Shown here piece by piece: positions 1 through 11,257 of a stretch of 64,000 nt of DNA. The notes under the pieces were generated by a model. The model searched no databases, had not been told where the DNA came from, and saw only the letters and a list, made by a program, of their open reading frames with translations. This DNA is from Nemertoderma westbladi (lineage: Eukaryota > Animalia > Xenacoelomorpha), in assembly GCA_032718475.1 (NCBI GenBank), contig JAUCBJ010002320.1, positions 10,749 through 74,748 of the forward strand, read 5' to 3'. The stretch's first letter is position 1, and each line of letters begins with the position of its first letter. The position numbers and the translations under genes are program-made.

Positions 1-1
1 T

Positions 2-562
2 TCAGCTAGATATTCTGATGCTATTGGTCTTAGGTATTATAATGGGTTTAACTTAACAGCTTCGGAAGTAAATTCATTGTTGTATGAAAGGAATTATGAA
101 ATTAGTAACGAAGGTGTCTTTTCAGAGCTAGATACGAGCGATAAAGCTTTATCTGACCGACTTAAAGTAAAAATAAATGTACAAGAAAAAAAAGTAATTA
201 TTACAGACAAGGAAAGCAAATATTTACAGTTATATTACGATAAAGACATACCACATATAGAGTTTCTCAACGATATGATGGAAAAGGTTTCATCAACTGA
301 TATAGCAGACGGTTTCGCGATTCTATATCAACCAACTTGGAAGTTTAAGGTTAATAAGTCATTTCCAGAAGCAGTTTCATCCACATTTAATCCAAAGACA
401 TACATCGAAGAGACATCGAGTGATAGAAAGCGCAGATCTACGTCTCAAACATCTTCCAATCCCAACAATGATTCTATACCTACAAAGAAAAGAAAAGTTA
501 CAAAAGCAAGTGAAGAGGTAGCAGATTACAATAAGGAACATATAAAAGCAGTATCAGATTGA
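2..562 (+). CDS. Polinton accessory protein of unknown function, 5' end outside window
   Basis: Frame is open from position 2 to TGA at 562. The C-terminus is Ser/Thr-rich with basic motifs DRKRR and PTKKRKV (NLS-like). Confidence 0.55.
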   Translation, partial: SARYSDAIGLRYYNGFNLTASEVNSLLYERNYEISNEGVFSELDTSDKALSDRLKVKINVQEKKVIITDKESKYLQLYYDKDIPHIEFLNDMMEKVSSTDIADGFAILYQPTWKFKVNKSFPEAVSSTFNPKTYIEETSSDRKRRSTSQTSSNPNNDSIPTKKRKVTKASEEVADYNKEHIKAVSD

Positions 563-903
563 TTTATTATTAACTAGAGACTTTTTTTTTCAGTTTCACA
601 CTGACTAGTAAAGGTAACTTTTTAACACAAAGCATGATTATTATAAAGTATTTGCATGTAAAGGTGACTTTATTGAGTAAATATTGGTGATAGTTTATAT
701 TTAATGTGAGCATGGGATTAGGTATTCAACATTCGCATGTAAATGCATGAGTTTACACCTGATATTATAATAAAACCTACTTTAACAATGAAAATTAAAA
801 ACGCATTATGCACATCTTGGTTTAGACTTGATTTTATTATAAAGAATTCAGTTGTAAAAGCAACTTTATTTATGATATTAGTTTCCAATGTAACTGTTAT
901 TTA

Positions 904-943
904 TGATTGGTTGGTATAAGTAGAAACTTGAAATATATATAAA
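904..943 (+). promoter_or_regulatory. Putative PolB promoter: inverted CCAAT box plus TATA box
   Basis: TGATTGGTTGG at 904 and TATATATAAA at 934-943, upstream of the ATG at 1107. Confidence 0.45.
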
Positions 944-1106
944 GAGCTCAACTGATTCAATCGAGCTCATTCTGAAAATATTAAATTAATTAAAGTTTAG
1001 ATATTATATTTTATTTGTGTTGAGTAGCTTATGAATTTTTTTTTGATTATATATATATATAACAATATTCATATTAATTTTAAATTGTTTTTAGGCTAAT
1101 AAAGAG

Positions 1107-4100
1107 ATGGATAAACAATTGAAATGTCCATTTTGTCCTCTTCAAATTTCTAAACATAACTATTTATCTCATCTGAAGTCACATTTTTATGTTTATTCTT
1201 GTTTTAATTGTCATGTTTCAACTCCACGCGAAGAAATTTGCAAACGACATGAATCAACTACGGGTTGTAAAGAAATGAAGTTTTGCGTGTATGAAAAAAC
1301 TTGCCCTACTTGTAATAAAGAGTATTTATATGAGAATTATTTACGTCACGACTGTCACCAACGTTATTATCATGTTAGACCACCACGACGGAACCAAAAC
1401 AATACTGTCGCATCTAGAAAAAGACTGAAATCTGGTCAAGGTCCATCAATTTTTAGCCTCGAACGAGCCGCACACGATAACTGTTTAGAAATCTATATTT
1501 ACAATCTTCCGAATGATGAAGATTTTCCTGATATTCATTCATCGATACTAAAAATTCTACCTTACATCCAAACGTTATTATTAGGAAAACTTAGCGAAAT
1601 GAATGTACTTAGACCCTGGCTAGGTGTGAATATACTCATGTATCGATCACATTTTTCAGAGGGAGACCAAGAAGAAACTTTCTATTTTAGTTCTTCAGGT
1701 GGTGCAGTTAATACCGTAGATTCACATGAAAGTTTCTATATTTGGTTTGAGTATGTACTAGAAAAATTAATGCAAAAAATAGCCATGTTTAACACTCATG
1801 GCTCAGGGTGGCGCGTTAAATCTTTATTAAGAGTGGAAATTAAAGTAGCTGAATCCAAGTCTAAGTCACTGGAATATAAAGGTCACGGTTATATGGAGTT
1901 ACCTAAAGGCTCTATCGAGTAAACGATATGTTATAAATATACAAACGGCTGATAATGACTGTTTCAAATGGGCTATTATAGCCACAACATTTAGTAGCAA
2001 AGTGAAAGATCACAAAAACCGTACTTCGCAGTACACAGATTACATGAATTATTTTATTTTTGACAATGGGAACAAAGATTATCCAACAGAATGGCAGCTT
2101 GCAATTAAACTTTTTGAAAAACAGAATTCAGCATATATAATTAATTTATTACTCTACGACAACAATCGAGTATCTATATTAAGACAGGCACCATTTAGTA
2201 AAATCACTCCAGATAAAGAGTTATTGAACATATTACTTGTAAAAAATAAGAATACAAGTAAACAATCACATTATGTTTGCATAACTAACTTGAATCGCTT
2301 GATGAATATAAGAGGTAAGCATATTAGATGTAGGAAATATTGTGAACGGTGTTTGTCTCATTTCTACAGCAAGGATGTTCTAGAACGTCACCGTCTTACT
2401 TGTTATCAAGGAAAAAGTCAAGTTGAGAAGCTACCGTCTGAAAAAAGAACTCACATTAGCTTTAGAAATTTAGACAGAACATTACCAGCATTGTTTGTAA
2501 TATATTTTGACATAGAATCTATTTTGGAGCCAGCCAGCAATAGTAAATTTATTCAGAATCATATTCCATGCGCTGTAAGTTATTTAATTGTCCCTAGTAG
2601 CGAATTAATCAATCCACCAAAATTTTATTTGAAAACCTTTACAAAAACAATCGACAACAACTGTATTCAAGACTTTTTAGACTCTGTATATAATGACATC
2701 ACCCAATTATGTAAGTGGTCAGAAACTAACATGAGAGAAAAGATGATACTTAATGATGTAGATAAGTTAAGTTTTTGGAAAGCTAAAACTTGCTTTTATT
2801 GCAATGTTTTATTTAAGGATAAATCTGAGAAAAACAAACATCACTCACATATTACTGGTAAATATATAGCAGCCGCTTGTAATACATGTCAAAAATCTTT
2901 ATCATTGAAACGACACATATATATACTCGCTGCACACAACTGCAATCACTACGATTTGCATTTTCTTTTGCAAGTTGGGTTTTGTAATAACCGATATTCC
3001 GATTGGGATATAAAGGTAATCCCTAAAAATTCTGAAAGGTATATTTCACTGAGTATGCATATACCGGTGAAAGATGAAAAAACAAAAATCGAGCTACGTG
3101 TCTTAGACACATATCAATTTTTATCCTTTTCCCTAAGTACTTTAGTTGATTGTTCAACAAAGGATATAGACAGCGAGGATATAACATCAGTTCTACCAAT
3201 TACTGAACAGCAAATGAAATATTTTTATCTGAATTTAAATAATGCAACAATTAAACGAAAAGGTATATTTCCCTACGAGTATCTGACAGATTTAAATAAA
3301 TTCAATGATTCGAAATTCCCATCAATAGACAAATTTTATAGTAAATTAACACAAAATACCTGTACACCCGAGGAATATAGTTTTGCCAACGCATCATGGA
3401 GTCAGTTTGACTGTTCAAATCTCAAGGATTATCTTTTAGCATACTTAAAACTCGATGTTTGTCTCCTCGCTGATATATTTGAGAACTTTAGGAGAGTATG
3501 TAGACAAAACTACGAATTAGAAGTAGTTTATTATTGCAGCATCGCAGCTTTCACTTATGAGTGCGCCCTGAAATACAATAAATGTAAGTTAGCATTAATA
3601 AAAGATTACCAAACATATAGAGATTTTGAAGCATCTATTAGAGGAGGGGTTTCATTCTGTCGAAAGCATTACATAGAATCAAATATACCAGATACTGATA
3701 ATTATGATCCAAGCAAGGAAGAGTGTCATATTTTCAATATAGATTTTAATTCCTTGTATTCGGGTAATTTAAGTAAAAAGCTACCTGTTTCAGGTTTTGA
3801 ACAAGTCAATGTTACATATTTAGAGAATGCCGCTCCAGAAGAACTAATAAACTATTTAACAAATCTTGATACTGAAGGGGATATTGGGTTTTTCTTAATT
3901 TGCGATTTGAAATATCCCAAAGATATTCATGATCGTACATTAGAACTACCCTTAGCCCCAGAACATTTAAGTATAAATGAGACAATGCTTTCACCATATA
4001 TGAAAGATCAATATAATAATATATGTAAACAAAGAGGTACTAATAGCAAGTATAAGATGTGTGCACCAAAACTTATGTTGACACAATTCGATAAAGAATT

Positions 4101-5124
4101 CTATCATGTAAATTTAAAACTGTTAAAATTTTATATAAAACAAGGTTTAATTGTTACTAAGCTCCATAAATTGTATTCTTTCCATCAAGACTTTGTATTT
4201 AAACCCTATATAGATTTTAATATTAATCAAAGACGACTAGCAAAAAGTTACATTGAAACGGCTGTCGCGAAATTGCTTAATAACTCGTTATTTGGTAAAA
4301 CAATTGAGAAGATACGAGACCACTATAATTTCCGTATCGCTAATAGCAATGAGAAATGCGATCAATTGGTGAAACGTATAAATCACGAAAATTTCATGAT
4401 TTATAACAATTCCTTATCGGGACAGTTATTAGTGAAAGACAGCGTGACACTAGATAAACCAGTCTATGTAGGTAGTACTGTCTTGGATTTAGCGAAACTT
4501 GATATGTATGAGCTGTACTACAATAAATTACTACCTATTGAGAGAGAATTAAACTGCCGAATTGAAATTGTAGCATCAGATACAGACTCATTAATAGGTT
4601 GTTATTATAATACATCGCAGAGTAATTTCTTAAAAGCCTTAATTAAACATAATATTCTAGATACCTCTAATTACCCCAAGGATCACCCTCTCTACAGCGA
4701 TAAAAATAAATCCAGACTCTATTACTGTAAAGACGAGTTGTGCTCGAGAGAGATTAAACAAGCAGTATTTTTAAGACCAAAATTATATTCAATTTTGGAA
4801 TGGAATAACAAAAATATACGACGGGCGAAAGGAATAACAAGACCTGTCATGGATAAAAAAATTTGCCACGAAGATTATTTGAGAGCATATAAGGATAATG
4901 AAGAAATTTCCAAGGAAACGCATCAATTTCAGAGTCAATTACACAAAGTGTACACTGTAGCACAAGATAAGTTTGCTCTCAGCGCATTTGACGATAAACT
5001 TTATTGGGTTAATAAAAATCATTCACTTCCCTGGGGTCACTATCAAACAAAGGTTATAAAACCAGTACCTATAAAAAATATACCTATTTATCGGGAGCCA
5101 AACAATGAACTATCAGATAGTTAA
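1107..5124 (+). pseudogene. Protein-primed family B DNA polymerase (pPolB) with N-terminal C2H2 zinc fingers and an endonuclease VII-like domain; single frameshift near 1908
   Basis: ORF 1107-1922 (CPFC..H..H fingers, GSGW, YMELPK) continues after one extra base as ALSSKRYVINIQTADNDCFKWAII into ORF 2002-5124. That ORF has ExoI YFDIES, CFYC..HHSHITGKY..ACNTC, KGIFPYEY, motif A DFNSLY, motif B KLLNNSLFGK and motif C SDTDS. Confidence 0.95.
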
Positions 5125-5377
5125 TAAGAATGTAAGTTGCCAGCAAGTGTCAGCGATTAATTTGAAAGAATTAAAAAATCAATTATCTGGTAAACACATA
5201 CTCAAACCAAATCAGTTTATATATAAGATATTTGGTGCCACATTATTAATATTTAAAAATGGTCGTATTACATTATTAGGTAGTAAGTATAATTTCCAAA
5301 AAGTAAAAAAGCATATATTTGATAAAACAAGTATTAATTTGATTTTAAAATCTGTTAATTTATGTACTTATATTTTT
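5105..5377 (+). pseudogene. TBP-like protein, N-terminal repeat (gene interrupted by insertion)
   Basis: YQIVNKNVS..INLKEL..ATLLIFKNGRITLLGSK resembles TBP repeat 1 (LQNIVST..LDLKTI..TALIFSSGKMVCTGAK). The ATG overlaps the PolB end by 20 bp. Confidence 0.75.
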
Positions 5378-7006
5378 AATTAGGAGCCCGCTTGACAGCG
5401 GGATACTTACTGTAAGAATCTTCAGGATACATTACATTGACTGACACTGACTGACTGATAATTATCTAGGTTAAGGCACTTCCTGCCTGGCGATTTTGAT
5501 GAAATTTTGCAAGTACATTGCTTTTGAGGTTCATAATCGCGTTACAAAATTTCAGATCGATTCTATGTGTGGTATTCGATATATTCAGTTTTTTGACATT
5601 GTTTTGTCGCGAAATTAAAAGCAATGGTAAAATAACAGCTGGTGTTCATGATGAAATATGGCTTAATATGTTATACACAGTCATAGTAAAACGTATTGGT
5701 TGCCAAGTTTTACTAGTAGGCTATAAGGAAAGTCAATGTTTACTCACACATAAGCTGTTGGTTTCTAATGTATTACCCCATAAGCTGATTGCTCTCCCAG
5801 TGCTTCCTAAGGGTATATCTACAATAAGGTTACTCACTCTGCTATGTTAGGGGGTGGATCAGGAGAATGAATTTTAGTTACACAAAGCAGTGTGTTGTGT
5901 CCTATTGCAGTCGATACTCACTGTGGATTGCAAAATGTTTTATAGTTGACCTACACTATAATACAGTAGTTGCATGTATTTAAGGAGCCCGCTCTGGCCT
6001 ACTGCCTAACTTAGCAGTAATACCTATATTACATATACACATATTAAAAATATTCTTATTTTTTTTATTACATACGATTTTTTAGCTGAAACGATTTTTT
6101 AGCTGAAGCATTAATAGTGTAAATTAATTTAATTATATTTTAATACCATTACTACATTGGCATACTGTAAGATAAGTTTTAATATTTCTTACAAATAGTG
6201 GTGCGAGCATAAATCAAATCACGCAAATTTAAAAGAAACGGGTGTGTTGTCATAGCAAAGTTTCAGTTTTTATTATGTGGGACGAGCCACAAAGTACTGC
6301 TGAGAAAGACTGAAAGGTTCAAAGACTGTATGTCAACAATGTTATTATTATTATAGTCTGCGCCACAAACAGAATATGCCAAATAATTAAATTAGCAATA
6401 TAAATTTCAGAAAAATAGCTATCGGACTTGGCTGAAGAAATCGAATTATAATCCACTTAGTTTGTTATATTGATGATATTATTACTCTCTGGGAATGTGT
6501 TGGAATGGGAGATTGTAAATTATTATTGAACAGTAAATATTACATATCCCATAAAAGTCGTCATAATTAATTGTGTAGAAACAATTGTTCACCTTCTCGT
6601 TTAGATTAATTAGTAAATAAATAAATTAGTTTAGATATTTTCTGTTAGCGAATTTATTTCGAATAATAAAAAAGTGTGTAGGCCGATTGTATGGTTGTTT
6701 AATTTGCGTTATTATTTTTCGCCGCGACCTAGACTTCTATTAATTGTTAAATCTAATGGTTTTCAAAAAGAAAGGTAACCGTACCTGTACTGGTAAATCT
6801 AACTTGTTATTTATCTGGTTGTGAATCATGGGCATTTTCTTATAAATATTCGGTTGTTAGTGGCAGCAAAGTTTCATTTTTTATTATGTGGGGCAAGCCA
6901 CAAAGTCAGCTATGTATCATCACACCATTTAGACAATTGTTTAGTTTAGTATTGGCTAGGATTCTTCCCCCCGGGCTCCTTCCAGCCAGCTTGCTGGCTC
7001 TCTAGT
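5378..7006 (+). mobile_element. Non-autonomous Helentron/DINE-1-like (HINE) element
   Basis: 5' subterminal repeat AGGAGCCCG with adjacent hairpin CCCGC-ttgaca-GCGGG and a GACT microsatellite. 3' inverted subterminal repeat CGGGCTCCT, hairpin AGCCAGC-tt-GCTGGCT and CTAG end. Inserted in a T run with no TSD; removing it restores the flanking reading frame. Confidence 0.75.
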
Positions 7007-7433
7007 ATTAACTCTGTAGTCTATACGTTATTGATAAACAATACCGGGTTTTATGTTGTCTTTGATAATCTACAACTTCAAGTTATATATGAACCTGAAA
7101 TTTTTAATAATTGCAAAATAAGAATAAATAATACCGTAGTCATTTGCTGCTTTCATACCGGTAAATGTACTTTAATGTGTTCACCTAGTATATTTCACAT
7201 TTATTACCCTATATTTAGTATTAACTCTGTAGTCTATACGTTATTGATAAACAATACCGGGTTTTATGTTGTCTTTGATAATCTACAACTTCAAGTTATA
7301 TATGAACCTGAAATTTTTAATAATTGCAAAATAAGAATAAATAATACCGTAGTCATTTGCTGCTTTCATACCGGTAAATGTACTTTAATGTGTTCACCTA
7401 GCATATTTCACATTTATTACCCTATATTTAGTA
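7003..7433 (+). repeat. 213-bp in-frame tandem duplication
   Basis: Units start at the TAGTA microhomology at 7003, 7216 and 7429. The two copies differ at one visible base. Confidence 0.9.
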
Positions 7434-7498
7434 AACTGGTTAATTATTTATTAATGTTTGGTGTTGTGACTTTAGGTGTAGAATATATTGGTAATTAG
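7007..7498 (+). pseudogene. TBP-like protein, C-terminal repeat (tandemly duplicated)
   Basis: INSVVY-(x)-YEPEIFNNCKIR..VICCFHTGKCTLMCS..IYYPIF resembles TBP repeat 2 (QNMVGS..YEPELFPGLIYR..LLIFVSGKVVLTGAK..NIYPIL). The Asn-to-YEPE spacing is 25 residues in both. Confidence 0.78.
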
Positions 7499-7611
7499 AA
7501 GGTGAAAATTAAACATTATTATTTTTCAATTGATCTATCGGTAGTTAGGGAAAACTAACCTCGTTTGAATAAGTATGACTCTCGCAGGCTGACTGCAAGC
7601 CTAGCCGGTAG

Positions 7612-7745
7612 TAGCTGCGTGGCTGGTTGCGAGGCTGGCTACGAGGCTGGCTGCGAGGCTGGCTGCGAGGCTGGCTGCGAGGCTGGCTGCGAGGCGGGTT
7701 GTGAGGCTGGCTGCGAGGTTGGCTGCGTGGCTGGCTGCGAGGTTG
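7612..7745. repeat. 12-bp GC-rich minisatellite (GCTGCGAGGCTG)n
   Basis: About 11 imperfect copies are visible. Confidence 0.9.
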
Positions 7746-8979
7746 ACCGCATCCCCAGCAGCGTGGCTGACTGCGCACATATCTGATTGTAACTGGCTCA
7801 CGATATTGTATATTGGCTTAGTTTGTTACTGCAGGTACTGTTACATTAATACTGTAGTACCGGTACTGCTGTACAGTGCTAATCGAAGGAAATCAGTATG
7901 TTCTATCTGACTATATACTGTTACAACAACAGTGACAGTACTGCAGTACTGTATTGTTTGGGTAGGTGATCTAATCCCTACATGTGAGACCCTCGCGTGC
8001 AATCCAGGTCATGACTGCAGTATGCTTGCCTGACTGCAGTATGCTTATAGGTGGAAAAAAAACAAATGCTATTGCATCAGATTACTGCTGTACTGATACC
8101 GGTAGACCGCGACTCAGTGTTGGAAGAGTAAAACACTGTCGGTACTGATAAAGTGGATGACAGTTGTGGATAGGGGGCTGCGAGGTTGACTACATCCCAG
8201 CAGCGTGGCTGACTGCGCACACATCTGATTGTAACTGGCTCACGATATTGTATACATTGGCTTAGTTTGTTACTGCAGGTACTGTTACATTAATACTGTA
8301 GTATCGGTACTGCAGTACAAAGCTAATAGAAGGAAATCAGTATGCTCTATCTGACTATACTGTTACCTGGTTACAACAACAGTGAAAGTACTGCAGTACT
8401 GTATTGTTTGGCTAGGTGATCTAATCCCTACATGTGAGACCCGTGCGTGCAATCCAGGTCATGACTGCAGTATGCTAATCAAAGTTATGGGTAGACTGCA
8501 GTATCCTTATAGGTGAAAAAAACAAATACTATTGCATCAGATTACTGCTGTACTGATACCGGTAGACCGCGACTACAGTGTTGGAAGAGTAAAACACTAC
8601 CGGTACTGATAAAGTGGCTGCAGGTACTGTTACATTAATACTGTAGTATCGGTACTGCAGTACAATGCTAATAGAAGGAAATCAGTATGCTCTATCTGAC
8701 TATACTGTTACCTGGTTACAACAACAGTGAAAGTACTGCAGTACTGTATTGTTTGGCTAGGTGATCTAATCCCTACATGTGAGACCCGTGCGTGCAATCC
8801 AGGTCATGACTGCAGTATGCTAATCAAAGTTCGGGTAGACTGCAGTATCCTTATAGGTGAAAAAAACAAATACTATTGCATCAGATTACTGCTGTACTGA
8901 TACCGGTAGACCGCGACTACAGTGTTGGAAGAGTAAAACACTACCGGTACTGGTAAAGTGGATGACAGTTGTGGATAGG
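7733..8979. repeat. Long imperfect tandem repeat, ~440-bp unit, about 2.8 copies
   Basis: Copies start near 7733 and 8176, with a partial copy at 8618. They share blocks such as TAGGTGATCTAATCCCTACATGTGAGACCC. Confidence 0.85.
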
Positions 8980-9358
8980 CCTATAATAAATTATTGAATT
9001 TAACAGTACCGGTACCAACAGGTTAACATTACATCCTATACAGATTATGTTGCATTTCTGACTAATATTACTAAAGTTATATCACTAGTCAACTACTGTA
9101 TGTGTTATTAGTTTGCGATGTATAGTATGTTTCGCAATACCAGTACAACTATATTAGAATGATATCGAGAATACTTACTGTACATGTTACGTCTACATCA
9201 TATTGTTAAATGTGTATGTTAACCTAGCGCAATTGATTCTTTTTTAGAGAACTTGTTGTAAAAAAAATTATATTTTATTATATTTTTATATTAACATCAA
9301 GATCATCACCAAAATAAAATTATATTATATCCCATCACATTACAAGCTTAGAGTAAAC

Positions 9359-9931
9359 CTACTGTACATCATTCACCGCAGTTATTTCTTTCTGTTTATC
9401 ACCTGTCTCAGTTAATCGCTTCGTTACATACCCTCCAATCCTTTTCGCTGAGCAGTAATTCAAGCAGCTATCACCATCTTTGTGAAAACTACATTTATCT
9501 TCTACAGTAGTTAATTTATCGTGGAAGGGGCATGGAGTTAAATAATTGTAATATAGTCGAAATATTCCCAATTTGTTCATCGATTTTGGAGCGTAAACAT
9601 CAAGTTGGGTATTTAATATTGCGGCTTTCATCAACCCGAATACATATATATTATATTTATTTTTTAATTGTCTCTTCATGTATTTTTTAAAGTCATCTTG
9701 CGAAATGTCACCGTAATCCCAAGGTAAATGTGATGTAATATCGCGTAAATTGTTTACGTGGGCTTTATCTAATGCTGATAACTTAATATTAGGAGGTCCT
9801 TTAATTAAAAACGTCTTTATATTAGTTTTACTGTATTTAGAATTGAATATAGCAAATTCTTTAAATACTACCGGATATTCCTTATTGTCTATCTTATAAT
9901 ATTGAAAATCAACAAAAATAATATTATCCAT
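9359..9931 (-). CDS. DEDD/DnaQ-like nuclease-fold protein, Polinton accessory
   Basis: N-terminal IIFVDFQ..KEFAIF, LPWDYGDI, IYVFG..K and C-terminal CPFH/CSFH..C, a pattern I recognise from Maverick-associated exonuclease-like ORFs. The ExoI Glu position is Gln. Confidence 0.6.
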   Translation of the reverse strand: MDNIIFVDFQYYKIDNKEYPVVFKEFAIFNSKYSKTNIKTFLIKGPPNIKLSALDKAHVNNLRDITSHLPWDYGDISQDDFKKYMKRQLKNKYNIYVFGLMKAAILNTQLDVYAPKSMNKLGIFRLYYNYLTPCPFHDKLTTVEDKCSFHKDGDSCLNYCSAKRIGGYVTKRLTETGDKQKEITAVNDVQ

Positions 9932-9975
9932 TTTATCTGATAATATATTTAGATAAACAAAAGTTAAATGATTAA

Positions 9976-10428
9976 TTACAACGCTTGTTGGTTTATTTTA
10001 TAATAATTAACAAGCCATTTATATAATATTATTTCATTTATTTCCACATTATTTGTAAACGCTCTCATTGGATAGTTTGTGTGAATTCGATTTACCAAGT
10101 AATAAAGACAGTATAACCCACATGTGGTCCTTCTAGGGTCTGGAAATTGTTTGCGGGTAGTACGCCACCTTGCTGAATTTTTCTCAAGCCATTTTTCGAT
10201 ACATCTGTTTGGATATTTTGGTCCAAACGAATTAAATAATTCAGCATCATTATCTCGTATATATATAGCTACCCAATGAACACCTGGTAGATGCTCTTTA
10301 TCAGTATTTACTATTAACCCGTAGTCTCTTCGCTTATTATTATCTAATTTAGGTAATTTATTAGATGGAAACGCCCCCAAATAGTGACCACCCACTGGAA
10401 ACATATCAAGGTCCTCAGTAGATAACAT
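9976..10428 (-). CDS. Adenain-like cysteine maturation protease
   Basis: YLGAFPSN, IVNTD..PGVHWVAIY, FNSFG and Q..TCGLYCLYYL, containing the His and Cys catalytic motifs. Confidence 0.93.
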   Translation of the reverse strand: MLSTEDLDMFPVGGHYLGAFPSNKLPKLDNNKRRDYGLIVNTDKEHLPGVHWVAIYIRDNDAELFNSFGPKYPNRCIEKWLEKNSARWRTTRKQFPDPRRTTCGLYCLYYLVNRIHTNYPMRAFTNNVEINEIILYKWLVNYYKINQQAL

Positions 10429-10430
10429 AC

Positions 10431-10811
10431 TTAATCGATATGTATTTCTTTCCTGCTATTTAAACTTAATGATTGATCATAAATATTAAAAATGATTACA
10501 TTTATGGTCTCAACCAACGGTTCTGCAAATCTTAATTTTAATTGTCCATTAGTATATATCGATGGTTGAGGATCTCTAACATAGCCGTCAGCAGTTAGGT
10601 CCCAGGATATGAGTGGGCAATTACCTAAGTAGGTTTCATGGTCTATATTATTACCTCCATAACCGTTAATATATGTATTAATGTTCTTCATTAATTGTGT
10701 ATACTCAAAAATGTATGTTCCATCTGTAAAATTAGGCTCGTATATTACACCACCTACTGGAAGACCGTCTACAATCAGTTCCGCGCGTCTAAGGTTAAAA
10801 TGTTCAAAATG
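10431..10811 (-). pseudogene. Major capsid protein (double jelly roll), C-terminal fragment only
   Basis: The frame extends upstream of the listed ORF as HFEHFNLRRAELIVDGLPV..YEPNF..EY, then WDLTAD..LKLRFAEPLVETINVIIF. Most of the N-terminal part is missing. Confidence 0.85.
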
Positions 10812-11257
10812 CTTTAATATGAATTACCAAAATTTTGATATTTGACGTTGATACAAAGTTATAAATTTTTTTGTCAGTAAAAAACGAAAAATTGAATCTT
10901 TGAGACTTGATGACGTCATATCTTTGTACCCAGAGTGAAAAAAAAATTTTGGTAATTCAAATAAAAGTCCATGAAATTATAAAACTAATGTAAAAGGAAT
11001 TTACGAAATTCGTTTAAAAATACAGTAGTAGTAGTGAATTATATTTTTAACTGGTTTAAAATACATTATGCTAATTTAAGACGGCTCATTAACATCTAAT
11101 TATCATAATTAGGTGAAAAATTTTTTTTTTTTAAATTTAATGTTTTGTTATTAAAATGAGCCATAAATTGTTGCCAGGTGTAGAGCCATTCAAAAGTTAC
11201 ATGTGATGCAAGTTCGGACACATAAAGTACACTTCAAGGTGTGATGTCCCCCCTTAA
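10812..11257. mobile_element. Relic of a TTAA-targeting DNA transposon at a deletion junction
   Basis: Minus-strand TTAA-GGGGGGACATC starts exactly where penton similarity stops. There is an internal inverted repeat GAATTACCAAAATTTT/AAATTTTGGTAATTC. No matching second TIR is present. Confidence 0.45.

Noticed and set aside
5378-7006. Insertion acting as a spliceosomal intron that restores the TBP-like gene
   Set aside because: An AG exists at the 3' end, but I found no GT donor of compatible phase near the 5' boundary.
7545-7910. (CEAG)n, (SQPR)n and (LAAS)n ORFs
   Set aside because: These are by-products of a 12-bp repeat, with no independent coding evidence.
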